Counted from the whole stretch's first letter, positions 25,624 to 38,141 are shown. The stretch: DNA of 63,957 nucleotides, filler included, from Rhabdomonas costata (GCA_019059605.1; 55 parts of 55 records of this genome joined end to end with filler, not necessarily neighbours in it), one strand, 5' to 3'. Made by a program: numbers and translations. The notes: generated by a model not told the origin, from the sequence alone.

Positions 25624-26688
25624 TTGGGTCGGTAGTGGTACAGCGCCTTCTCCTGCTTGAACGAGGCCTCGTCGGAGCACGGCAGCTCCTCAAAGAGGGG
25701 CTCTGTGCTGGGAATCACCCCAGCCTTGGGCCAGTCTGGGTAGAATACCTACGGTATGCATATGTGGTCCTCAGACGTACTTCCCCATGGTGACAAAGAC
25801 ACTTGCTGAATGCGTTTGAAAACCTTCGGTGGACCATTGATGAAATTACTGAAACGAACGCATCTGGATGGGTACGTTTGGGGAGCGGGGTCTGGGAAAG
25901 GGGGCGTTCAGCCTTTCCAGACGTCTCGCATCTTCTGTTGCGAGCACAGAGGCGGATGCATCTCAACCTAACCCCCTTTAAACCAAAGGGTGTGTGCATC
26001 GCCTTCCCATCAATTTTGTTGGGAGCTCACGAAAGAGACATTTATTCTTATATCACAGGAGCGTTCGTCCATCGCTTGCACCATGCCCATCTTAAAATGT
26101 CCAGAAGTTGACACTGCACCGATGCTAGACTGTTGAATAAAAAATGCAGAAAAAAATCCAAAAACCTTAGCAACGTTGTTCCTCCTCTTTTCCCTTTGCT
26201 CAAAAAACTGGTTGTCCTACCGTGCTTGCGTGACCGTGACCACGGGAACAGAAGTTTTCCCAGAATCCAGAAATACAGGGAAGGGATCCGAGTACACGAA
26301 ACCAAAGGACGCACGCACACCATGCCCAGGTCGATCTTGGCCCCCTTGAGATCAAGGTACTCCTGAGATCGAAGCAAGGCAGAGTGAAAGCAGATGCAGA
26401 GGGTGAAAATAATCCAATCATAAAGGCAGTTGATGACAGCAAGAAGGACCACAACGAAGGAGTCACTGCAACAGTGCCTTGGCGGTCATCAAAGGCACGT
26501 CCTGGACCCCCTGCCGTAGCACCGTGGCGTTGTAGTACTCGTCGAACTGGTGCTCCACCGCGGTGTTGCGGTCCCGCATGGAGGGGATGACCAGGACCCA
26601 GTGGAACCTGTCCCCGGAGAGCCTCTGCTGGGCCCGGAAGAAGTGCAGGGCGCGGTGCAGCAGGAGCCTTCGGAAGGACCACCCACAC
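25624..26688 (-). CDS. Unknown protein, three exons (>26688-26499, 26362-26321, 25748-<25624)
   Basis: Two phase-0 GT-AG introns (GTGCCT...CTCAG; GTGTGC...CGTAG) give a continuous frame: ...FHWVLVIPSMRDRNTAVEHQFDEYYNATVLRQGVQD|EYLDLKGAKIDLGM|VFYPDWPKAGVIPSTEPLFEELPCSDEASFKQEKALYHYRP. Confidence 0.65.
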
Positions 26689-28132
26689 NNNNNNNNNNNN
26701 NNNNNNNNNNNNNNNNNNNNNNNNNNNNNNNNTTAATTAATTAANNNNNNNNNNNNNNNNNNNNNNNNNNNNNNNNNNNNNNNNNNNNGGTTGTTGGTCG
26801 TTGAAGCGACCAGCGCTTCCAGGATTAGGGTTTTGTGGCCCACCGTGGGCACTCGGCACAGGATGCTGTGCTGTAAGGGCAAAAAAAAAGGGGGGGGGGC
26901 GTTCACTCACAACAAATGACCGGCATCCATTTATAATCGGGGGTTTCTATTTTTTTTTCGTTGTTTTGAAAGCTCTCTTTGGGTCGTCGCACCTGCACCT
27001 CCCACCCTTAATTACTGCGAACTTGGTCAAAGCGAACAACACCTGGAAAAACAAACGAGCAAGGCGAGGAACCCACCAAACCAAAGCTGTCTCTTTTTCC
27101 GCTTGCAATAGCAAACACAAAATTGTAAAATGGATGTGGGCAGAGGGAAGTGATTATTAGGACGTCCAGGCTCCACAGGGGTTGCGACTGCAAATAAAAA
27201 GAAAGATACATTATTGCCTAATAAATTGTTACTATTAGGCACGAGGTGCAAGTTCGTACGGAATTCTCCTCTGAGCACACACACGCATTCAGAAGAGCAG
27301 ATGGATGGATTTCACACAAATCATACCCCAAAACGGAAAACACGCCTGAGAGATGTGAGCGTCTGTCCAGCCCAGGCTGCTGAGCAAAAGGCTTCCCGGT
27401 TTCCGCTTCCGCATGGTCGCTTTGTCCAGAGGACTGGCTGCGGGGTGAGCCCGTGGGAGACTCCCCAGGGGTGCCCAAGTCCCCGGAGGCAGCTGGAAGA
27501 CAAGGATGTTGCTGCGGCTGTTGCTGCTCGCGCGGTTGCTGCACCGCGCCATACAACAGCTCCTTCCAAGAACAGCCACCCGGTCTTGAACTCAATTAAC
27601 GTGCTGGGTCTTGACAAGATGAGCTATATATTGTCATTCTCAGCATATACAGGAGCTTTTGGAGACAACAACTTTTGCACCAAGCGAAAGAATTCAAAGC
27701 AAGAGTTCCGAAAAGTGTGATACTCAAATATGCACCTATTCAGTGGCCAGCCAGTGATCCCTTTCCGAAGCTTTCGGCGCTTCCAAGAACGAAAAAAACC
27801 CCTGCCCCCACCCAAACCCACGAAAGGGAGGAGAGAAAATCAAGAGCACACCCNNNNNNNNNNNNNNNNNNNNNNNNNNNNNNNNNNNNNNNNNNNNTTA
27901 ATTAATTAANNNNNNNNNNNNNNNNNNNNNNNNNNNNNNNNNNNNNNNNNNNNGGCGGGTTGGGGGGGGGGGGGAGGCATGCAATCTAAGGCAAACTAAA
28001 GTAACAAGCGGAGAAAGGAAAGAAACTCCCAATTTTAACAACTGCCCCTTCGCCAGCCACCAGCGAAGTCAGTACCTCAGAGAGGCCGCCACAAACCACA
28101 CACAGAAAAAGGGTATGGTGGGGAAACTCCCG

Positions 28133-28360
28133 CTACACTTGGACCCGACTGAAGGCCGACACAGGGAGGTGATGGGCCTCAGGACGGTAAGAATCGGGGT
28201 AGCGTTGTAGGAGGTCATAATAGAACTTCACCACTGCTGGCGGAGGCCGAAAGGCTCCAGGGTTAAAGCTGTCCAGGTACAACCGTTCCAGACGCCTCAC
28301 TCGGCTCAGCGCGACGTACATCTGCCCCATTTCAAAGTAGTCCCGCATGGAGATGCTCAC
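28133..28360 (-). CDS. PIF1: C-terminal exon of a PIF1-family DNA helicase
   Basis: VSISMRDYFEMGQMYVALSRVRRLERLYLDSFNP...AVVKFY contains PIF1 motif VI (FE.GQ.YVALSR) and the following V..FY helix. Acceptor GGAAAG|. Confidence 0.8.
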   Translation of the reverse strand: MSISMRDYFEMGQMYVALSRVRRLERLYLDSFNPGAFRPPPAVVKFYYDLLQRYPDSYRPEAHHLPVSAFSRVQV

Positions 28361-29193
28361 CTTTCCAGAGGGAGAAATAAAATAGGAGGACGCTGGATCA
28401 ACTTCTTCAGCCAATACCATATGAGCGCAAGTATTAGCGCACGGGCATTTCGGAGATCAGCCGGGCCGGTCGCATGTGTGCGGGACTTTGGCAGACTACC
28501 ACAAAGATCAAGAGCGTCTTCGACTGCAGCTAGTAAAGTTGTCTGGCTTTCGGGGGTTTTGGTATTCGATAGCCAGCAGCAAAATTACATGTAAGATCCA
28601 GTCCATGTTCCCACTCCAAAAGGTGCTTTACTGTGTCAGATCAAAATCGACCATTACTGTGTCAGATCAAACATGCCAGGTCAAAGCAAAAGAAAGCCGA
28701 GCGAGAGGGATGGTCAATGCCTTGTCTAGTGTCATTCCCTGACACTTGTGAACAGTGAAGGCCCACGCCAGCATAAGGGGAAGCTGCGTGCGGGAGGCTA
28801 CCACCTACGCGCAGCACAGGAGTGATGAGTGTATAAGTGCTAAATTGTGCATAGGGAGTGGCCCCCAAGCGGCAAACAACTCAGAAACCATTATAGGAAA
28901 ACGTCATAGAAATTATTGAGCTTGGGTTTGTTTGTGCACATTCTTTCAGATAAGATTTTTCTGGGGAAGACTCGCGTTTCTCCCCCCCTCCGGGCTCCCA
29001 CCCTCGATGGAGGACCCCNNNNNNNNNNNNNNNNNNNNNNNNNNNNNNNNNNNNNNNNNNNNTTAATTAATTAANNNNNNNNNNNNNNNNNNNNNNNNNN
29101 NNNNNNNNNNNNNNNNNNATTTCTCTCCCCTCTTTTCTTTTTCGTTCTGCGTGAATGTGTCTTTGATGGTCCTTTCTTGGCTTTGCCAAAAAG

Positions 29194-30183
29194 GCCGCGC
29201 TGGGTGACGCCGCGATTCCCCCGGAGAAGGCCAAGGAGGCCGTGTCGAAGCCCGGCGTGCTGGTACCAGACCTCCCCCCTTCCTCCTCCCGCCCACTCCA
29301 CCCGCCAGTGCAAAGCCAGTGCATCAGGCAGGACGTAACTTACGACTTGGACCGTTAGGGAAGTATTCGCGCATCGCCCTCCAGCAAGGGACGCACCTTG
29401 CCTTGCCACCGACTTTCTGTTCTTATAATAGTTATTCGAGTGTTCAGTGAATAACCGCAGCGCGGAGCAAATCACTCCTGGACACCTCTGGCCCCCTCCC
29501 CGTGTAAAAATTCTGTTCCAATTCCAAAAAAAAAAAACATGTACAACACGCATCGGCTCTCATTTCCACTTTCCTTCCCCTTTCCACGCGAGCCTGAGTT
29601 TTTCACCTGTGATGTCCGAATTATCTCTGAGGTGTGGTTGAACTCTGTGTCGGCACAGAACTTGGGTTGAGTTGGGCTGATATGGCACCTGGCTGTCGTG
29701 CCCACAGATTCTGGACGTGCAGGACCCCTCTGACTTCGGGGAGGCCATCCCCGGGGCCGTGAACATCAGCCTGGGCACCCTGCCCTTCAAGGCGGATGCC
29801 GCCTTTGCGGACGGTGTGCCGTTCCCTCCACACGAGGCTTCTTGGCCAACCCAAACCATTTCTCTGCGTTGGGCTCTCGTGCCCTATCCACGGCGGTTAC
29901 TGGTTAGCTCTGCAGCCATGCGAGGCAGATGTACCTGCAACCTCATGTCTAAGGAGTTTGAGGAACACTGAAGGGCCCGAGGGCTAACCGACGACCGCCA
30001 ACCCTCTAACCGCTAACGGCCGACTGCCAACCCACCCGCTTGGAGCTGCGGTTGAAGTCTAGCCTTCACTCTACCTTGTTTCTGTGTTTTTTGCGTCCTC
30101 TTCTGTGTAGGGAAGTTCAAGGACTCCCGGCTGACGGACAACAAGAACCAGCCCATCTTTGTGACCTGCGCGCTGGGCGGGCA
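29194..30183 (+). CDS. Rhodanese-domain protein, three exons (29194-29262, 29708-29813, 30111->30183)
   Basis: Spliced product AALGDAAIPPEKAKEAVSKPGVL|ILDVQDPSDFGEAIPGAVNISLGTLPFKADAAFAD|GKFKDSRLTDNKNQPIFVTCALGG has the LDV, IPGAVNI and catalytic-loop Cys motifs. Intron phases are consistent. Confidence 0.88.
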
Positions 30184-30849
30184 NNNNNNNNNNNNNNNNN
30201 NNNNNNNNNNNNNNNNNNNNNNNNNNNTTAATTAATTAANNNNNNNNNNNNNNNNNNNNNNNNNNNNNNNNNNNNNNNNNNNNGCTCGTAATGCCTCGTG
30301 TGTAGAAGATGCGAAGAGGAGATCGCGGAGGCCGACTGACAACTGCTACGTCAACGGAGGCCGACCCCTAGCATGCTACAGGGCAGAAACGACGAACGAA
30401 CGAACAAACGGACTCTTCGCGTTTGAAAATTGTCAACTCCCCATGGAAGGGAAGCTCTTGTGGGTGCTGATTGCTGAAACGGTTGGCAGATCCGCCTGGC
30501 AGGGAACCTGGAATTGGATGAATTGCTTTGGAAAGGAAGGGAATAGAAGGAAATTCCTATGGTATTAGGACTCGGTGGCTACCGTCGTGGTGATTAGGGT
30601 TGCAGTGGTCTGTCGTATGTGGGCGTGTATTGTGGCGTATTTGCTGTCGGGGGGTGAGACCTGGTGCGCCGGTCTGTGGTCGTTTAACCGGCCCCTTCCG
30701 TATCATCGTCCTGACTCCGGGAGTACGTGCATGCTACTCGCGAAGGATCCCTGCCACACCGAGGGGTTTCGCGCTCGTCGGCCACGGAAGTCTCCACGAG
30801 GACTCGGCTGGGTGAGAAGCGCGCAGTGGCTGCCATCTAGGCGATCGGT

Positions 30850-31348
30850 GTACACAACTCTCGCGGTCCCCAGCCAGTGGTTGCAGGTCCTGCATGGTTA
30901 AATCCCGGGTGGCTACATCCGCCTCTAGAAGCTGTACCAAGGTCGTGCGGGGTCGACCAGGAAGGTCGGCGCCGGCGGCGTCTTTCATGAGGCGCGGGCT
31001 TGGGACAGGCGACCAAGGTGTCCGTAGTAGCGCAGTCGGTGTCCACAAGCCTCGCTGAGGGGCACTATGCCCGGAGGCGAATTTCAATGTTGAGAAGCTG
31101 TTCCCGTAGGGAAAAGTGAACGATCTGCCGTATCCAGCACGTGTCTGCCGTATCCAGGATGTGTTCCATGCTGGGTAGAAGGGCCTATGTATCGGCTCCA
31201 TAGAGTGCGATTGGCGTGACGATGACAGCAACGATGGAAACGTGTGGGCAACTTGGCGGAGTGCCAGATCATGTGGAGCAGGGCAAAGACAGCGTCCGCT
31301 TTTGCGAGCGGTCCAGAAGTGTGGCTTCGAGACCAAGGGCCGAATGCA
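30850..31348 (-). mobile_element. Decayed non-LTR retrotransposon (RTE-like LINE), C-terminal part of the RT ORF
   Basis: The ordered motifs appear across frameshifts: LAKADAVFALLHMIWHSAKL; IVTPIALYGADT*AL (LLYG.ETW); RLRYYGHLGRL (RLRW.GH..R); GRPRTT; LAGDRES (A.DR..W). Confidence 0.8.
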
Positions 31349-32151
31349 NNNNNNNNNNNNNNNNNNNNNNNNNNNNNNNNNNNNNNNNNNNNTTAATTAA
31401 TTAANNNNNNNNNNNNNNNNNNNNNNNNNNNNNNNNNNNNNNNNNNNNGGGTGTTGGAGCAAGAAGGCTTTCCAATATACTGCGGGCAGCACTGGGACAC
31501 GCCCCTCCCCCATTGCACTGCGAGTAAATAAATGACATTATCAAGGTAATATAATATAGGGTATATAGGGTATATATAATATAGGGTTCAAATGGGGAAA
31601 CAAGTTTATAAAATAGAGAATCGCCCCCCTCCTCTCCACCATGAGCGAAAACGCATCCGGCTCAGGCGGCACCGGTTCATAACCCAGGATGGCGCCCCTT
31701 TCCACGGCCGATCAATTTTTCTTGTTAGCACCAGTCCTACTGAGCAACAGCATTAGCGTCAGTATCGCAGCCCAGCAAGCCAACTATTTATAAATGGAGA
31801 GGTGGGGTGCAAGGTCTCTCCTCGGTCTGATTTCGAGAAGGGAAGGAGACTCGATCTAAAACGGGTCCTATGCCCGGACAAAGTGAAGCACCATGGTGAA
31901 GGTAACAAATCAGGAATCGACCCGAGGCCCCCAAAGTGTGCAGCTAGGCAGCGCAAGGAAACGTTCACTCATCACGAATCTCACTTTTACACACAGCGCG
32001 CGCAGAGCAAAGACAAAAGCGCCGCGACGAGAGAAAACCGAGGAACTACCGGCACGTCCACCACATTAATCAGTGTTTAAGAACGGCCCAAACCACAGCA
32101 GCACAAAAGCAAAACGAAAGAAGAACTCTTCTGACTGGAACAAAGGCACAC

Positions 32152-32360
32152 CGCCTTCGTCCGGATGTTGATTATTCGCTGTAGGGCTGACACCGAGACA
32201 TCGGCGAGTAGCACCATTTCCTCCGAGGTGAGGCTGCGACTCATTTGCGACACAACAGGGAACATCCTCTCGGGCACCAGCCGTATCACCTGTGACTTTC
32301 GCCTCTTCGCCTCGAGGAAGGCAACCTTTAACTGAACCAAGGTAAGCTTCAGGTCTGCAC
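32152..32360 (-). CDS. Probable internal exon, unknown protein
   Basis: Frame ADLKLTLVQLKVAFLEAKRRKSQVIRLVPERMFPVVSQMSRSLTSEEMVLLADVSVSALQRIINIRTKA between TTTCAG| and |GTGTGC. Confidence 0.45.
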
Positions 32361-33282
32361 CTGAAACACGGCAGTATCATGGCCAAAAAAAAAGGTGATG
32401 ACAAGTGTCGTGACAAGTGCACATGACGGCTCGCTCAAGGACGGACTCCGCGATCCAGGCATTCCGGGAGTAGGAATAGTGACCGTCCGTAACAAGCTTC
32501 AAGAAACAACAACNNNNNNNNNNNNNNNNNNNNNNNNNNNNNNNNNNNNNNNNNNNNTTAATTAATTAANNNNNNNNNNNNNNNNNNNNNNNNNNNNNNN
32601 NNNNNNNNNNNNNGGGTTGTTTTTTTTAGTTTGGGCGATACGGCAATGAGCACGGCGGTGCGCCTGGGGATGTACCGTGTGGCCAGGGAGCTCAGGATGC
32701 ACGGTGGCGTGGAGACCTGCGAGCTGCCTGTGAGGTTGTGCCTTTGCCTTCTGCCAAAAAAAGTATATCTAAGGCAAGTTTCCAGTTCCAGCTAATCTCT
32801 GGGAAGTTTGGCTTTTTCTGTCTGGTTTGAAAATTGGGAAAACTGCCGCACTCTGCGCTGACTTGTTGTCCTCGCTTTCCGTGTCCTTGGGTCACGCGTC
32901 CCTGCAACTGACAGTTGGCCTTGCCAATGGAACGCACACGCGCGAAGCGTTGCTTTCAATACTCGGCTGGTTCTTATTATGTTCCCCTGGCCGCTATATC
33001 GCTCACATCAGCGAAAAGGCGTCGCTAAGTCAGTCACCGCCCTGCTCTTGCTTATTCACTGTGGCAGTGCGACACAGAACCCGTCGGTCGGTCGGTCGGT
33101 CGGTCGCCTAGGTCCTCGTGTGCTCGTATGCTGCCACAGCAGCTGTGACGTAGAAACGTCAGCTTTGTATGTTGCAATTACGAAACGTTCCCCCTCTTCT
33201 CCTGTTTTCTGCTTTGGCCACCCAGCTGTCAATCCCTGCCTCTTTCGGCCTGTGAGTGTCCCTTCTCTCGTCCTCTGGACAG

Positions 33283-33678
33283 GTTCTCGGGGGAAGCCTC
33301 GCGCTCCCACGTCTCCTTCATGTCCTCCCTCTCCGATTTCAACAGCAGCTTCTCACGATCCTTCTCCCGCGGCCTGCGGCCTTCCCTGCCCCGGGCTCCC
33401 TTTGGGAGGCTCCCCGAGGAGGTCGATGACGAGGGCAGCGACAGCTCTGCGGAGGAAAGCGGCAGGGGTCACGGCGGCAGTGCGGACAGGGTGAGCGCCA
33501 TCGAGGATCCGGGGACGGGGGATTCCGGGGTGCACAGCACGCTGGAGGCACTGCAGATGAGCGAGGCCCAAGTCGATGAGCTGTGCTCAGCGCTGGCTGC
33601 GACTGCCGCTGCTGGGGGGGATGGTGGTGCGGCCCTAACACCGGCGGAAGGGGAAGGTGGCAGGGCCGCACCACAACC
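33283..33678 (+). CDS. Probable exon, low-complexity acidic/Ser-rich protein
   Basis: GC-rich open frame after a polypyrimidine tract and GGACAG|, reading ...PEEVDDEGSDSSAEES...LEALQMSEAQVDELCSALAA. Confidence 0.5.
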
Positions 33679-33778
33679 NNNNNNNNNNNNNNNNNNNNNN
33701 NNNNNNNNNNNNNNNNNNNNNNTTAATTAATTAANNNNNNNNNNNNNNNNNNNNNNNNNNNNNNNNNNNNNNNNNNNN

Positions 33779-33853
33779 TTGTGTTTGTGTTTGTGTTTGT
33801 GTTTGTGTTTGTGCTTGTGCTTGTGTTTGTGTTTGTGTTTGTGTTTGTGTTTG
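33779..33853. repeat. (GTGTTT)n hexanucleotide microsatellite at a contig start
   Basis: About 12 tandem GTGTTT/GTGCTT units. Confidence 0.95.
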
Positions 33854-34243
33854 TGGTATTAGCAGGGAGTGGGGGCGCAGCAGTTACGTAAAGTTTTTTC
33901 AAGGAGGACGAGAGAAACCAGAAACGGGTACGGCAACCTTTTTTCGGCTTGTAGGGTCGCCAAACAGGCCTCTTGACTCGCCGCATTGGACATGCCATTC
34001 AGATAGCAACCCTTGGTTTTCAGCAGAGGCTTTTCATCTTGATCCTCGCTAGTGAAGCGAGACTTCGCTTCGCATCAACATTGGCATGCTCGCACAGAGT
34101 TTGGTGCAACCTTAGGACAGAATTCCCCAGAAGGAAACCCTGGGGAATCAGCAGCAAGGCGTGAAAGCCCCCCCCCTCCAACCTTGGAGATCCCGTCTCC
34201 TCCTGTGCCCGTTACGTTGTCCTTATGCTGTGGTACGCTGCAG

Positions 34244-34432
34244 GGCGGAGGGGTCGGGGTGGATCCCCGGGACTGCACCAACCTGGTGGTGGTGCACAAC
34301 TTCTTCGTCAGCGTGGGGTCGCTGATGAACGGCCTGGTGGACCCCGCGGAGATCCACGAGCTGCACACCTTCAACGCCCACCGCACCCTCACCCTGCTGG
34401 ACAGGATCCGCGCCGTGCGCTTCCCGAACTGG
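34244..34432 (+). CDS. Internal exon, unknown protein
   Basis: 189-nt phase-0 exon with near-uniform G/C third positions (GGGVGVDPRDCTNLVVVHNFFVSVGSLMNGLVDPAEIHELHTFNAHRTLTLLDRIRAVRFPNW), bounded by CTGCAG| and |GTGTGT. Confidence 0.7.
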
Positions 34433-34701
34433 GTGTGTGGCAGTTCCCATCTCCTGCTTTGAGCTCCTCCGTGGAATTACCTTGAGGGTTGTGCTGCCCT
34501 ACATGTTGTTTGTTCTTGCAAGATCAATTTAATGCTGGGTGAGTTCATTTCTATCCCCAGCCCCACCTCCAAAGAGGGAGAGACCACAACGAAGTCTGTT
34601 TGCTGAGAATAGTCCCCTCCCCACTTCCGGAATCACGATGTGTTGTGTTTTTGATGCGCTACCTCCTCGTTTCCGACTAGTTTTGATTCCTTTGCGCGGC
34701 A

Positions 34702-34844
34702 TTGGTTCACAGCTGTCAGTTAACATTGTCAGCTGTCAGCTGTCAGTTAACATTGGTGTTGATTGTGCGCCAGCCGCTGGTCAGTTGCTCGTTGGTTAGC
34801 TGACAGCTGACAGCTGACAATGTTAACTGACAGCTGTGAACCAA
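34702..34844. repeat. About 50-bp inverted repeat built of GTCAGCT-type heptamers
   Basis: 34702-34751 is the reverse complement of 34795-34844 with one mismatch, ending at the contig end. Confidence 0.92.
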
Positions 34845-35317
34845 ANNNNNNNNNNNNNNNNNNNNNNNNNNNNNNNNNNNNNNNNNNNNTTAATTAATTA
34901 ANNNNNNNNNNNNNNNNNNNNNNNNNNNNNNNNNNNNNNNNNNNNACTCATCGCACCGATGGCAAAAAGTCAACTCGTGTCAAAGTTCACACTAAATTCA
35001 TTTTTATAAATAATAAAGCTCACCCCACACTCTCTTGACGATTTCACGTCATGCGCCTATTTCTTCTTCCTTCTTTTTTCTTGCGTTGTACGGTAGGTTG
35101 CATCTTGAACTTAGAATTGAGTATGTTACGATTTTGCAATTGAACTCCTGGTAACGCTGTAAACTACCGCTAAGCTGGCACGTGCATACATATGACAAGA
35201 AACGTCCTACTGTAGTTAATAAGGATTCGTTCTGAGTTTAAGGTGTAACGTCCTAGATACCCTTATTCAGGGCTGGGGATCAGGGTTACGGTGGTGCCTC
35301 AAGCGGCGCGCACATAC

Positions 35318-35907
35318 GTTGTACGCTGCAACCTCGCGCTCGGAGGCCTGCTTGTAGCGGGCGCGGAAGCCTCGGAAGGTTTTCTGAATCTTGGTCGCGT
35401 CAGGCCCATTGCGGGCATTCTCGAGCTGCGGGGCAAGTTGCTTGCGGGTCATGTGACCCCTACAGAGAGAAACATCACAGTGGGGGCGGCGGTAGCAAAA
35501 ACATGCTCCAAAGGTAAAGTATTTAACACCGACCCCACCCCACGACATAAAGCACAAAACCACTTCTCTGAGAGGCTTACGCAAAGTCGATTGCACGCTC
35601 CCTCGCAATGCCTTTCGACCGACATCCCAACCAGCCAGGCAGCCTGCCACACTTTCCCAAGCCACTTTCTCACACCCACATTCACCGTTCTTCATCATTT
35701 TTGCCAGCTCCCTTGAGACTGAGACACATAAATCTCTCGTTGGGAAGCGCATGGGGTGCGCAGAAGGAGAGAGTCAGTCAGACAGTTCAAGACCGGAAAA
35801 CGCTCTGGATCTGGGTGCACTGTGTCTCAAGGCGGTCCATCCGCCGCTGCCACAGCTCACGGTCGAGATTCTTGCGGGCCTGCGCGGCGCGGCGGCGTCC
35901 CAGCATC
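35318..35907 (-). CDS. IQ calmodulin-binding motif protein, two exons (35907-35794 and 35459-35318)
   Basis: Removing intron GTCTTG...CTGTAG reconstitutes IQSVFR|GHMTRK. A second IQ motif, IQKTFRGFRARYK, follows. Confidence 0.85.
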
Positions 35908-38141
35908 CTGAGCAAGGGGCGGGCGAGGGCCGCAGCGAACGAATGCATAGCCATCACAAATGCCGACCCACTCTCCCCAAACTGGAAAGTGACAGTGCTC
36001 CCCACACACANNNNNNNNNNNNNNNNNNNNNNNNNNNNNNNNNNNNNNNNNNNNTTAATTAATTAANNNNNNNNNNNNNNNNNNNNNNNNNNNNNNNNNN
36101 NNNNNNNNNNGGGGTGTGACACCAACCGCCTTTCTACCCCCTACTATTGGTACTCTTGGCGGTGGAAAAAATAGTTATGCCGAGTCATCCGCTTCATCTG
36201 CGAAAAAATCCATTTCCAATGCCCTGAAACCCACGCCTACTGAACTACTGAACCATGTTATTGAAATTATAGTGGCCATTTTTCAAAGTTCCACGCACCT
36301 CCAAACGCAGTGGCCGTACTCACGGAAATCATTCCCTTCGGTATTGCTGCCGTTTTTTGTGGGTGTTTCCTTGGCGGTGTTCTTATCCTTGGTGCGCCCC
36401 ATGTCGTGCATGGTGTTGGTTTTCCCTCGCTCGCCCGCGCGCCTGCCAGAAAACGCAGCATCCGAAACCCACGTGCAAATTGAAATCCTTACCTACACCT
36501 GCCAGCACCTGCCGCCGCAGCAATGAGGCCAGATGGGCTTCTTGGACCAAGGTCCCAAAAGAGGGGTTTGTTTGAACCGCAGCACCGGCGATGTGTCACG
36601 GCCGAGGCGGCAATCGAATGCATGGAGCTCGAAACTTACCGTGTGTGGCCTTGGTTGGCCTTGGCTTTTTAATCAATAATAATATAAAGACTATAGATGC
36701 CTTCGTTAAAATACACATGTAAATGTACATATACGTCGGTACGGGTGGGTGTATAAAAGTTCGACGGGGAAAAGATAAGACCTCAGGAAGTGACACCGCA
36801 CAAAATACCCTGAGAAATACGGAAGAATAAACGAGACCAATAGAGTTCCGATGGTCGATGATCAAAACCCAATTGCCCCAGATTGCCGGAATTCCAGGCG
36901 AAAAACCACGCACAAATCGTAAGCGATCGTAAAAACAAGCACGTTCAATCTAAACGCCTCGCCCCGGTTTCCCGCCTCAAACGCGTCAAAAAAAACGACC
37001 AGGTGCGCACCACCTGATGTCGGCCAGCGGGGGGCCCTTGTGTCGCCATGGTCCCTTATAACTTCCGAGGGACGCATTTTTATGGCTAATGGCCCAGCCC
37101 TCCAGCCACAAACGCCCAGGCCACCAGCACTACACCCCAGCGGGTGGGTCGGCATCAGGGGATCAACCACCCCACNNNNNNNNNNNNNNNNNNNNNNNNN
37201 NNNNNNNNNNNNNNNNNNNTTAATTAATTAANNNNNNNNNNNNNNNNNNNNNNNNNNNNNNNNNNNNNNNNNNNNGGACGTCAGCAGAGGGCTGTGCTGA
37301 GGTCAGCAGGAGGATGCCTGTGCAAGTTTCCCTTTTGCTCTGCCCTGCTCTACCTTGTAAATATGGAAAGTTGGTTTTGACAAAATCGACCGAGGCGAAC
37401 TTTTGGCTAGAAACTCTTTTTTCATGAGTTTGCTTCTTCTGTTTGCCTCGCATTTTTGGTCTGCCAGGTCGGCCAGGTTGCACATTTCGCCCCCCCCCCC
37501 CCAGCCGACCCACCGTTCTCCTTTCTTTGCTACGTCCCTTTTCCCTCGTCTAATCCAAACTTCCACTTCTATCATATTGCGGCTCAATGGGGAGCTCCCG
37601 CCACGCAATGCATTGCGGCTGCCTGAAGCCCACTGACCATGCTTCCAAACCCCGCTTGGATTTACTTTAATGGGACGGGACTGTTTCATCGGGCCGAGTG
37701 GCCCTGAGAACTGCCCATTCGCTGTTTTGTGGACGGCTCCTCCTCTTCTCCAGCATTGTTTGTGTTTTCGCACCGTAATTTGGATTGGGTCTTTTTTGGG
37801 TGACACCCACGGGACCACGTGCTGTGCTGCGCAGCACTGCGAGAAAACTTCCGGCCATGAAGGAGGCAGCCCTTGTTGCGCCATCTGCAGGACAATTGGA
37901 CTGAGGTACCGGACCTTAGCAGCCCGGGGATCGGGTCAGGCTTTTCAACCCTGTCTGGTCTTCTAGAGATGTACTGAGTTGGTGGATCGAGGTAGGTACG
38001 GTGGGGGGGAGTCGTTTTTTTGCCAACAGCCCCACAGGTGGTCAAACCACAGGCGAGTGCGAGGTGGGACGGCAGGAGGCAGGCGGCCAAGGCCGGCAAG
38101 GGCGGACCAGTGGGAGCGCTTGGGCAAAACGGGCAGCACAC

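Noticed and set aside
26945-26960. TCTATTTTTTTTTCG resembling the 3' end of the Euglena spliced leader
   Set aside because: The match is mostly a T-run, the upstream leader bases do not match and no GT donor follows.
15775-28360. Apparent replication module (PrimPol, DEAD-box helicase, PIF1) with the virus-like fibre gene nearby
   Set aside because: Each lies on a different contig. The three enzyme fragments are short exons with splice sites and host-like GC, so the proximity is a concatenation artefact.
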